In this document: piece by piece, positions 11,924-23,339 of the stretch
Layout: each line of letters starts with the position of its first letter
Numbering within the stretch: position 1 is the stretch's first letter
NCBI GenBank assembly: GCA_028534125.1
Contig: CM052818.1
Coordinates: 35,590,001-35,654,000 of the forward strand
Reading direction: 5' to 3'
Length of the DNA: 64,000 bases
From: Lama glama
Taxonomy: Eukaryota
Translations under genes and position numbers: made by a program
The notes under the pieces: model-generated
The model's input: only the letters and a program-made list of their open reading frames with translations
Told to the model about the DNA's origin: nothing
The model's database searches: none

Positions 11924-13280
11924 TATGTCCCAGCATTAGCTTTTCATTAAAAGTATCTGTAATATACTGAAATGAAATTCATAAGCAATATAACCCACAT
12001 AATCACATCATTTCCTAAAGCTGATATATACCTGTGATTTAAAGGAGAAATAAAAGTAATTTATAATCAAACAAATTATATTTCAGTACATAAATAGTCA
12101 GCCACAGCTATACTAGAAGATATAATAAAACAGACAGATGCTTGTACCTGCTTGTAATGAATGTTTGCATTTAGGAAAAGTAACACAATATTCATCTGAA
12201 TACTGTTGGTTGATATTTTCTTTGTAGTTAACATTTGGAAAGAAAGGTTAACAAATATGCTTCTACATATCCATAAAATCACCATGAATCAGAGAGACAC
12301 AAACACAGGCTGATACAGATATGTTGATTCAGATACCACGAGCAATGTTGTTGCCATCAATGGTACGATTTTCTGAAACTGAGCAGCTCTTGGGAAAGTT
12401 CCCAACAAAACCAAACACAATCTTCTCTCCATTTAACTAGCAGTTGCATTTTTGGAAAATTCAGAAGATGATAAAACCCACGTAAATGTTTTGTGTGTGT
12501 TTACATGTAAAATGGAGTTCATGGCTAGGCTTAGATAAGTATAGAAAGGTCTTTTCCCTATATGAATTTTTGGCAGGCATTGGAAAGTTGTGTGGGAGAC
12601 AGGGCAACCCTACATGTGCAGGCTGTCCACACCCTGTGGGGCATGCGGCATTTCTGGCCATCCAAGCCACCAGGGCTTCTCAGTCATTGTGGCAACCAGA
12701 GTGCACCCACAGGACTCCAAACACTTCCCAGGGAGATTGTTCTTCCTTTTTAAGGTTGTTTCCACGATTCAAGGTTCCTTGAGATTCCGTATGAATTTTA
12801 GGATGGATTTTTCTACTTCTGCAAAAAAATTGTCACAGGGACTGCACTGAATCTGTAGACTGCTTTGGGTAGTATTGACATCTTAACAATATTAAGTCTT
12901 CCAATTCATGAAAATGATGTCTTCCCACTTCTTGTCCCATGACCTTTTTGAATTTTTAACTCTCAGATGAAATTTTCTTTCCTTTGTAAGGATTTGGTTT
13001 TTCTAAAATTTAGGATACTGGTCTGACTATGCCCCAGATCCTCACCCTTTCCCTCTATTTTCTCACCTCTTCTACATTAGAAATCAGTTCTCTCCCAATA
13101 TTTCCTGATAAACTATTGGTAAGGCAAGTCAAGTCAAGAATCTATCAAGTGTCCTTTCAGCAGACTGAGATTTCCATTAGGAATGTTGATGGAAAGATTC
13201 CAGAATTAAGTGAGCTATTAACTTTCTTACATAAACTTCTCCAATTCCAAGGTTCTAAGATGTCTTATTTTTACCCCTTA

Positions 13281-13878
13281 GACCATGGGTCACAAACTTT
13301 TTTGATAATATTTAATAAATATTAGTAATTATTTGAAACTCAGCGGGCCATATGGTTTCTGTTGCAACTTTGTTACTCTGCCAACATAGTACAAAGGCTG
13401 CCGTAGAGCCATGTAAAGAAGTACAAATATATGGTACAAAAATGAGCCTTGAAAACACTATGCCAAGTGAAAATAAGCCAGGCATAAAGGGCTGTATATT
13501 GTATGATTTCATTTGAAATATCCAGAATGGGCAAATCAAATAGAGACAGAAAGTAAATTAGTGGTTTCCAGGAGCTGGGTGACAGAGGAGAATGCAGAGT
13601 TGTTACTAATGAGTATCAGGTTTCTTTGGGGTGTAATGAAAATGTTCTAAAGTTGGAAAATGGTGATGGTTATGCACCTCTGTGAATATACTAAAACCAC
13701 TGAATTATAAACTTTAAAAGGATGAACCTTATGGCAAGTGAGTTATATCTCAATAAAGCTATTTTTAAAAAGCCATAGACAACATGTAGACAAATGAGTG
13801 TGGCTATGTTCCAATGAAACTTTGTTTACAAAAGCAGGCTGGACTCGACCGCTGGGCTTTGTTTGCTGAGCTCTGCAC
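13281..13878 (+). mobile_element. MER58-like hAT-Charlie element interrupted by an L1MB-like 3' fragment (~13413-13770)
   Basis: MER58 halves (gggccatatggtttctgttgcaact / gtggctatgttccaatgaaactttgtttacaaaagcaggc) flank an L1 3'UTR ending tatctcaataaagctatttttaaaa. Confidence 0.75.
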
Positions 13879-16800
13879 TAGAATGTAAGTTTCCCGTAGT
13901 CAAGGCTGCACCTTGTTTATTGTTAAGGTCCAGGACCTAGTACAATACCTATCAAATAAGTTAAGTGTCCAATAAATGTTTGCTGAGTGAGTGAATGGAA
14001 GGCTCAGTTTGTCCTACAGGGAACTATGCCTTTAGCGAGTATCTTGGTAATTCTCTCTGGTCTCTGCATAAAGCCATGTCCAGATCAGTACTCCTGGACT
14101 TAGCATTTCTAAGCCACACAACCGCTCCTAGTCTCCATTTCAATCCTCTCTAATTTCTCATCTTCCAAGAACAATGACTCCATTTGCCCATTTATTGCTC
14201 TACTGCTATGTGATCACCTCAAGTCTCCTTCAGTTCACTGCCTGCTCCTCTTATGTTTCATCTCTCCTCTTTGCTATCTGCAATTTTTCATTAGTTAACT
14301 AATTTATTCCTTCACAACAAATATTTATAAAGCATAAAATACTGTTACTTATATTCCCTACTCTTCTAAGAAGTGTGGAGCCTGGTGTAACCCAGATGTA
14401 AGCCTGCGCTCCAAGCTTCCCCGTCTTCCATGGTATCACAGTCAAATCAACAGAGTCCAGCAACAAAACGTATTTAAAAGAAGTTGCAATCTCTTCTTGC
14501 CTCCTTCAAAGACTATTAATAAAGACCTATTCATAATGGACAGTAATATTTCATATCATTCTCTTTCTCCTTCATTCCTTTTAATCTTCACATCTTTCTC
14601 TCCCCACTCTCAACTCTTTTCCTCTCTCCCTAATTAAACATTTGTGCCTCTTCACAAAGAGTGATACATATTAACTTAGACCATCCATCATTTTATATTT
14701 ATACTCCAGCCCCCTGTTGGGGAAGTGAGATTCTTAACGAAGGCCTCTAGAGCTGCTGCCAGATTCTTAGTTATTCACAGTTTCTTCTTGAAATCCTTAG
14801 GGTTGAGGAATGGTGCATTTCTCTAGGAGAAGTTATATTGTCACATACAAGAAAGGATATGTTCACTGGGCGAAAATCCGCAAGACTGCAGGCTCCCACT
14901 AGCTGTTCCTCTTTCCTATAACTGAACCAAATCCGGGGTCATCCTCCATCTGCAAAGATTCCAAACATGGTCAATAAATTGGGGGTATGAAAAATGCCAA
15001 GGGAACGAGTGACCAAGGATTCATAGTGATACTGCTTATGACACATTCTGCCACCCTGCAAGCAAATCAGCATATGAAGTCTCCAGTCTGAGTGCAGATG
15101 GCTCTCAGAGCTCCTTGACTGGGGTTGGAGGACCACTGACCTCCATGCACTAAGGCTCACCAGCCAGAAATCTGGCTCAAGGGGCAGAGGCCCAGCTACA
15201 CCCTTCCTCTGCTGCTCCAGATCTTAATTCCTCCACCTGTTCTCTTTTTCTAAGAGCCATCCTCATTCCTTTTCCTCCTCTCCAGCCCTGAATAATTCCT
15301 TAATACTAAGAATTCAGTGGGACTCTTGGGGTTGTGTTATGTCTTTACTACGTACTTCTTAGTCCACAATAGTTCTCACATTTTCTTGATTCAGGTGTCC
15401 CTGATCCCTGAGACCTTGTCCCATTGACCCTTGTGAATAGCCCGCTCTAGTATGGACACATCAGTAGGTCTGTTTTCCTCTCTTGCTGGTTGTGAATTTG
15501 ACATTTTAATCCACCAAATTATCCATCCATTCTGCTGTGCTTTCTTCAGAGAGTAAAGAAACTTCACACTAAACTAACACGTGTCCTGTTTTGAAGTCCA
15601 TGAACACCTTCTCAGGAGGGGACTCTGGAGATTGTCACTTGGTTGGTGGCATTTCTCTGCCTCCCAGGCTTTTTCACTCCTGTCCCAGTGTGTTGACATG
15701 TGTTGACTGTGACTTAAGCACTTTTCTCAGATCTTTGACCTTGCCCTTTATATACATTTCTTGGATTTCTGGCACCCATCAGCCTGAAGCAGCATTTCCA
15801 AAGGCCTGTTTGATACCAAGTGCCACAGCAGCTGTGGGTCCCCAGGATGGGGTTCCCACAGTGGACCTGGGCAGAAGCCGTGAACTGTCACAGACCGCCT
15901 CTCCCCTTCCAGCAGAAAGCGGGTTGAAAAACGAGTGCCTGGTTTGCAACTCCACAGGGGGGTTTTTTTTGGCTTCCTCAATTTAGTGTGATTATTACTT
16001 TGGTTCTCTTTCTGGAACCAAATAGCCAGTGCTGAACAACTAATTCTCTTCCATTTGTAATTCTAATCTTTTCAGAGTTGTTTAATTTTTCCATCGCGTA
16101 GCTTGGCTCTGTGCTTCCTCTACTTCACATGTTAGTTGCAGATCTTTTTGATGGGGTTAGAAGATCTGCCCTGAAACACATTCATCTTCGTCTTAATGAG
16201 GAGTGTGCTGTCCCTGGCTAGTTTCCCTTTAGGCCTCCTAAGATGTAGCACAAAAAATCCAAATTCTGTTCTCTGGCATTCTCTAATTTGTTGTTGGATT
16301 CTAATCTCTATGCTCCTTACTATTTTCTCTTAAACACTTATTTTTTGACTAGTTAATAGCTACACATGGTACAAAATACAAAAGGTACAAAAAGTATTCA
16401 GAGAAAAATCTCCCACTCTTCTCTCCCAAACTTCAGTCCCTCTCCTCTGTTACCCACAATTACCAGTCTCTCTGTATGTTCAAAACCACGAGTGTGCCTG
16501 TTCTTAAAACAAACAGATAAGAAACCCACTCATTGTGGGTGGTGACATTGGTCTGCGCCTTGCGTTTTCCTTGTCTATCTCTTGGAGAGAATCTCCTCTC
16601 ACCGGTACAAAGCTGCCTCCTTCTTTGTACTAGCTGCCTATGGTGGTACCATAATAGAACCCAAACTCTTCCTGACAGACAAACAGACAGTTACTGATCT
16701 TTTAGTCTCTGTTTTCATGATCAGAACTGTTAACCAGATGAAGAGAGGTGAAAACAGCTCTGATGTACTAGCGGCAGTGTCAGGGTTGCCGCTGATCCTG

Positions 16801-19800
16801 CGAGGTTTTATCAGACTCTATGACATTTCCTACACAAATCAGCCAGTGAGTGTTTAATGCCTCTTGGCAGGCATTCTGTCAGATCTTGGATACATGCTCA
16901 AGGAGACCTTCTACCTCCTGATGAGGTATCGCAGGCGACATATGGCCCATTCTGAATACCCCTTTCTGGTTCCTTTCTCCCTTTTGTCCTCTTTTTCAAT
17001 TCTGTATAAGATAAAATAGAGAAATAAATGACAGAAACAATAAGTAGCACAAGAGTTTGGAAGAAGGAAATTTTTAAGAGCTGAATAAGAACAAAAAAGA
17101 AGATTTTGAAGGTAGTATTTGAGCAGGGATTGGTTGAAAGGTAAGATTTGTGAATTAAAGGCAAGGAAAATAGAAAGAGTAAAGGCAAGGTGGGGCAATA
17201 GCCCAAATTTAGAAGATGAAGAGAAGATTAAATAGATTGGAGCAAACATTTCAGGCTGAGGAACAGTGGACATTGAGGACAGGCAAAGTGGAGGATGATT
17301 ATAGATGATCTGAATGCATGGATTGTAAGTTCATCTTTAATCTTGTTATCTGATGGGGCATGTTTCCCCAACTTACTCCTTCTCAGGAGTGTCTTAACAA
17401 TTATTGGTCCTTTGTTCTTTTTTTTTTTAATTTTTTTTTAACATTTTTTGGTCCTTTACACAAATTTTAGGATCACTTTGTCACGTTACTTTTGTAATGG
17501 CATTGATTCTAGAGATTAATTTAAGGAGAACTGACATCTTTAAACTTCAAATTTTTTTTAATTCTCAGAAGATTTCCTTTTAATTCTCAAAAGATCCCTA
17601 CAAATAATTTTCCAACCCAAAGTCAAAGGTAACCAAGCATGGAAGGAAATAGGACATGAGTGAGGTTCAGCAGAAGCAACAGACAGTAGAAACAGACCAG
17701 CAAAGGCTTCATGTATAGAACTTTCAGATGTGGCCTGTGATAGAACTATGCTTACTGTATTTAAATAAGTAAAAGAATAGCTTAACATATCTGCAGGGGT
17801 AAGGAAACTATAAGAGTTGGCAGAAACTTGGTTTTATTCATTGCTGTATGCCCAGTGTCTGGACCATTGCCTGACATGTAATAAGTACTGAGCAAATATT
17901 TGTTGAGGGACTGAATGAATAGTTACACCCTAAGCCTCCTGCCTCGTCACATATCTAACTGCCTGTTGATATTTATTAGGATTGTTTTTTTTGTCACCCT
18001 CAAGTCATATCCAACCAATCCAAAACATGCAACATGTTCAAAACAGAGCTCACCAATGTTTACCTTGTTTCCCTTCCTTATTTCTATCAGTGCTATTCCC
18101 ATTGTCTCAGTCACTCAGGTTCTAAAACTTGGGGTCACACTTCCTGCTCTTTCTTTGTTTCCCCCATACCTAGCAATCACCAAGAGACTTCTTTTGCATT
18201 TCTTTCCTCCCTCCCTCACTGTCCATTCCCATCACCACTATAGTTGAGGTCTTTTATTACTACATACCTGGGTAACTACTGGGCTTCTGATTGCTAACCA
18301 TCCCCACTTCTGTCTATTCCCTATACTATTCCTCAATTAGTATTTCTAAAATGGTTTTCTGTGCACGTTAATCCCCTTTCCAAAGCGTCTATCAGTTACA
18401 CAGAACAAAAATTACATGTACGCAGCTTTATCAGAATATCTATCGTGCTTTTAGTCATTCAATTCTTCAGCAAATACTAATTGAACTTCTATTCTGCACC
18501 AAGCTTTAGTGCTGGGAAGTAAGTGAAATACAGAGACTCAGTTCTTGGCCTCAGTGAACTTGTTGTCTAGTGGGGAAGACAGCCACTTAAAATAACAACT
18601 CCATTTCGGTGTGTCAAGTGTTATCACAGAGGAAGTTCCCAAGTAGTGTAGAAGCCCATGGCAGAGGGAGACTTGGGTCAGCGGGGTAGAGAAGGCTTCC
18701 CAGAATAAAGAATTTTCAGTCTCATTTCTCGCTATTCTCCTATTGCAATTTTCTGTTGCATTAGCCATCATTCCTTCTACATCTTATCTTTCCTTCAAGA
18801 GCCATGTTAAATTTCTTCCCGGGTCCCACATCCATAATGTCATCTCCTTCTTGGCTCTGACAGCAGTACTAATGTGGTACAGAGGGTGTGCTCAGTTGAA
18901 TTTATGTATGTGTATATATATACATGTACATGCATTTACACATGAGGTTGAATCATACAGAAAAATCACTGAATATTTAACCATTCTAAACCCACAAAAA
19001 TGGCAATTCTATATGGTCCAACTATATGACTTGAAAACTTTGCCTACGGCTATCCCTACATCAATCCATTATACAAATTTACAGTGTAGCTCAAAGATAC
19101 AACCTTATAAGCAGACTCACAAATGTTCTCTCATACAGATTCCTCATAAGTTGTAAATTCTCATTTACATTTTTACATCTGATCACATGTATGTAGATAA
19201 ACACACAGAAATGACAAACTCATTCACAAATGTCCTCACACAACACACACTCAAAACACACACCCAAAACTGACAGATGCACAAGATGCAAATCTACACA
19301 CACTCTCTCACACACATTCATCGGAACCAACACATTGGTACACACATGACTTCTGCACATGCACCTGCATACACACACTTGTATCCGGATATATCCAGAG
19401 TAAGTCTCAAACTTAACAAAGCCAGACACCTGTGCATCCTTAAGGGCAAATTTCACGTACCCACTTCTATGTCTTTTTGTGGACCCAGAAAATCAGAAAA
19501 TAAGGGGATATGATGATGTTTAAAATAAGAATTAATAAGCTCTGAGCAAGGATCTGAAGAACTCTGCTGTAAGTAACGTGATTATGCTCTGGAGCAGAGA
19601 CTCTTGAACATTCACTATCATTCACATTTCACTAAGTTATGACAAGCAATTGTCACAGTTGTCACAGGTGGGGACTGTTGCATTAGCAGGGAACTGACTG
19701 ACTTCAGTGGGATCTGAAAGTCCAGGGGGAAAAAGGTGCCTGCCGAGTGTCTATTCCTTTATCACATGCACTGCTTCCCCAGCTTCAATCCCATCTTCCT

Positions 19801-19944
19801 TGCCTTCCAACCATGTGTTCTCTGGCTGGTTTCCATGGACACCAAGATCCATCATAGGAACAGCATGAGAAACTCCGAGCAGAGGGAAACATTTGGCCAA
19901 GTCTGCTTTATTAGCGCTTAGGCCCTTGTGAAAATTAGGTAAGA

Positions 19945-20825
19945 ATTGTTTTTATAAACATTTGTACGGAAGTGTAACAGACTACAGAAAAATACACAAA
20001 TCATTAGTGGGTAGCTTAGTGAACTTACACAACATAAACACACCTTTGTCACCACCACCCAGATCAGGATGTAGATGGTGACCAGCACCCAGAAACCCTC
20101 TTCACACCCCTTTTCATTCACTAAGCCCAAAGACAACCAGAATCCTGACTCCTAATGCCACTGATTAATTTTTCTGTTCTTGAACTTAGTGTAATTGGAA
20201 TCATCCAGTACATACTCTTTTGTGTCTAGCTTCTTTAATTCACCATTATCTGTATGGGAGTCATAGCTGTAGAACAGTACTGTATAGCAAAAATATAGTA
20301 TTCCATTGTAAGAATATTCCACACTATCCATTCTGCCACTGTTGAGCAAATGAGTTGTTTCCAGTTTTTGACTATTACTAAGAGTACTGCTATAAATATT
20401 CTCATGCAAGGTGTATATATTGGATAAAGGATATATATCTAGAATATATAAAGGATTCTTATAAATCAGAAAGAAAAAATAAACAACTCAATAAAACACT
20501 GGACAAGATAATTGAACAGGTACTTTATGTAAGAGAAAATGGCCTAGAAACATATGAAAAGGCACCCAATCTCATTAGTCATCAGGGGTAGAAAAATTAA
20601 AACTACCATTAGATACTACTACAAACCTGTAAGGAAGGCTAGAATGAGAAGACTGACAAAGTTGAGGACCAGTGAGAATCCGGAACAGCTGGAATTTTCA
20701 TTCACTGTTGATGGGAGTGTAAATTGATAAAGCCACTTTGGAAAACTGGTAGCACTAACCAAAACTGAACATGTACATACTCTATGAGAAAGCAATTCAG
20801 CCTTGTAGAAATGTGAAGATGTGTA
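19945..20825 (-). mobile_element. Old L1 (L1ME-like) with 5' inversion
   Basis: 3' portion on the minus strand at 19945-20410; the immediately upstream L1 portion on the plus strand at 20420-20825. Confidence 0.7.
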
Positions 20826-21093
20826 ATTTTGATGGACTTTAACTGCAAAATGTTAAAGTTGCATTAAGCTGCTAATAGGTATGACTAATCAGCAGAAGAC
20901 TGCTCACTTTAAACCTTCTTTCAGTTGTCCATCGTACTCAGCATGGTTCCTACCTTTTTATGGTTATCCACAACTTTAGTCAACATCCCTGCTGTATCTT
21001 TACCTGAAATAGTAATGAAAGCTGGCTCAAAAAGCAGAGTCTCATGGCATAGCACTAGAGATTTCCTTCTTTCTTTCATTCTACTTCTTGTCA

Positions 21094-21207
21094 TTTTCTT
21101 TCTTTCTTTCTTTCCTTCTTTTATTTCCTTTTCTTTCTTTCTTTCTTTCTTTCCTTCCTTCCTTCCTTCCTTCCTTCCTTCCTTCCTTCCTTCCTTCTTT
21201 CTTTCTT
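21094..21207. repeat. Compound (TTTC)n/(TTCC)n microsatellite
   Basis: Directly visible pyrimidine tetranucleotide arrays. Confidence 0.95.
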
Positions 21208-21619
21208 GACCATGTTATTAGGCTATTGGATGTCATTAACGGCAACTGGATGTGCAAATAGAAATGTTGACTTGTGCTGAAATCTCTCCTCCCTGGGTAA
21301 CCAGATCAGTATGGCCAGAGCACCTGGAGATCTGAGAAAGAGCTTTTGAGGCAGAGGGAAACTAAGTACAAAGTCCATGAGGTTCAAATGAACCTGGCAT
21401 TCAAAGAATAGGGGGAAGATGGCAATAGAGCTCTTTCAGTAGTTCAGCTGGTACCCTAGGATGTCTCCCAAGGAATTGGCACCTTGCTCTGAATTCAAAT
21501 TCCTTGGACGGGGGTGTTAATGGCAATTTTCTACTGTCGCTATATTACTGAGTATCACTTGCCACATACTCCTTACTGCTATATTCCACTTCTTGTTGGC
21601 ATCCTTGTTTCCCTGGTTT

Positions 21620-21971
21620 GGCACTTTCAAGATGTCTCAGTCCCATGGCTGGCAAGTTGGTGCTAGCAGTCATGTGGGAGCTCAGCTGTGGTTGTGGATG
21701 GGGGTGGAGGGCCTCAGTTCCTCTCTATGTGGGCCTCCCCATGAACTGCTGGGACTTTTTCACACTTTGATGTCTGCATTCCAAAGAGTGAGCCTTCCAA
21801 GAGAACTAGAAGGAAATTGCATTGCTTTGCATTACCTGTTTTTGAAAGTGTCCTAACATCAATTACACCGTGGTCATAAGGCCACCTAGATTCAAGGGAG
21901 AGAAGACATGACCCCCCCACCACCACCACATCCTCTCAAGGGGAGAAGTGTCAGTCCCATTATAAGGCTAT
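21620..21971 (-). mobile_element. MLT1 LTR fragment
   Basis: MLT1-like motifs (catggctggcaagttggtgct; ctagattcaagggag). Confidence 0.65.
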
Positions 21972-21980
21972 CATATGGGA

Positions 21981-22290
21981 AACTTGAAGACACTATGCTG
22001 AGTGAAATAAGCCTATTGTAAAAGGACAAATACTCTGTGATTCTACTCACACGAGGTGCCAAGAGTATTCAGACTCAAAGAGACAGAAGTAGAATTGTGG
22101 TTGCCAGGAGATAGAGGGAGGGAGGAGGGGAAATTAGTGTTTAATGGGTACAGAATTTCAGTTTGGGAACATGAAAAAGTTCTGGAGATGGATGGTAGTA
22201 ACAAGTTGTGCAACAATGTGAATGTACTTAACACCACTGAACTGTACACTCAAAAATGATTAAAATAGTAAATTTTATGTATATTCTCCC
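21981..22290 (+). mobile_element. L1MB-like 3' fragment inserted into the MLT1
   Basis: L1 3'UTR (ctatgctgagtgaaataagcc...ccactgaactgtacact); apparent 9 bp TSD catatggga at 21972-21980 and 22291-22299. Confidence 0.8.
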
Positions 22291-22701
22291 CATATGGGAT
22301 GGGGAATATTGTTTCAGCCACACAGTTGTTGGGATGAAGTAGGATGAGTGTGTAGATGTCTATATAGTTGCATAATAACCGTATCCTTTGATAGGGTATA
22401 GTGCACACTCAGAGCTAAAAACGTGTAGATTAATACATAAGACGGAAAGGCTAATCAATCAGGATGTTCCAAGGTCCTTGTATTGCTCAGGAGAAACTCA
22501 TCCCATGCCAGTCACTTCTCTGAGTGTTTTTTTAACTCCCCTCTGTCCTCTGCCTGATTAATATTACTCTTCAGAATCCCCGGGTAGTTTCAGAGTTTGT
22601 AGTTTTCAGTGGGAGACTTGGTCTGTATGGACTTTCACTGCCAAACTGGAAACAGAGCTTCTTAAGAAATTGAATCTGTAGACAAAAACTTTTCAGTTGT
22701 G

Positions 22702-23295
22702 TGTATTAGTTTTCCATTGCTCTGAAAGAAATTATTGCAAACTTAACAGCTTCAAACAACAGACATTTACCATCTCATAGTTCTGTAGATCAGAAGTCCT
22801 GGCACTAAGTAGCTGGTTCTCTGAGTCAGAAATCTCACAAGGCTGCTGTGTTCTCATCTGCAGCTCAGGAGTTCCTTCCAAGCTTATGCAGGTTTTTGGC
22901 AGAATCATTTACTTTAGGTTGTAGGACTGAGGTGACCATTTTCTTGCTGGCTGTTGGCTGGGGGTCACTCCAGCTCCGAGAGCACACACTTAGGTTCTTG
23001 CTATGTGGCTCACTCCATCTTCAAAGCCATCGATGGAGAACCTCCCTCACATTGAATCCCTCTCACTTGTTGAATATCTCTTACCAGAAAAAGGCCTGTC
23101 CCATTAAGAACTTCCCTTAGGAAACCTAGGTCTGGCCCAGAAAGGATAATCTCGCTATCCTAAAAACAACTGATTTGGGACCTTAATTCCATCTGCAAAA
23201 TCCCTTCATGGCAACACCCAGATTAGTGTTTAATTAACTGGGAGAAGGTATGTGGACACCAGGGGCCACTTGGAGGCCGGCCTGGAATTCGGCCT
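22702..23295 (-). mobile_element. MLT1 (MLT1E/F-like) solo LTR
   Basis: Start tgtattagttttccattgct...aaacaacagacatttaccatctcatagttctgtag; end ttaattccatctgcaaaatccctt. Confidence 0.75.
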
Positions 23296-23339
23296 GGTAT
23301 GCCCTGGTATTGTGGATATGTTTGTAATTAAGAGCTTTA

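Noticed and set aside
15591..15986. 131 aa plus-strand ORF
   Set aside because: Non-ATG start, no recognisable homology and no supporting splice signals.
18900..19450. His/Thr-rich and Cys/Val-rich ORFs
   Set aside because: Translation of CA-rich low-complexity sequence.
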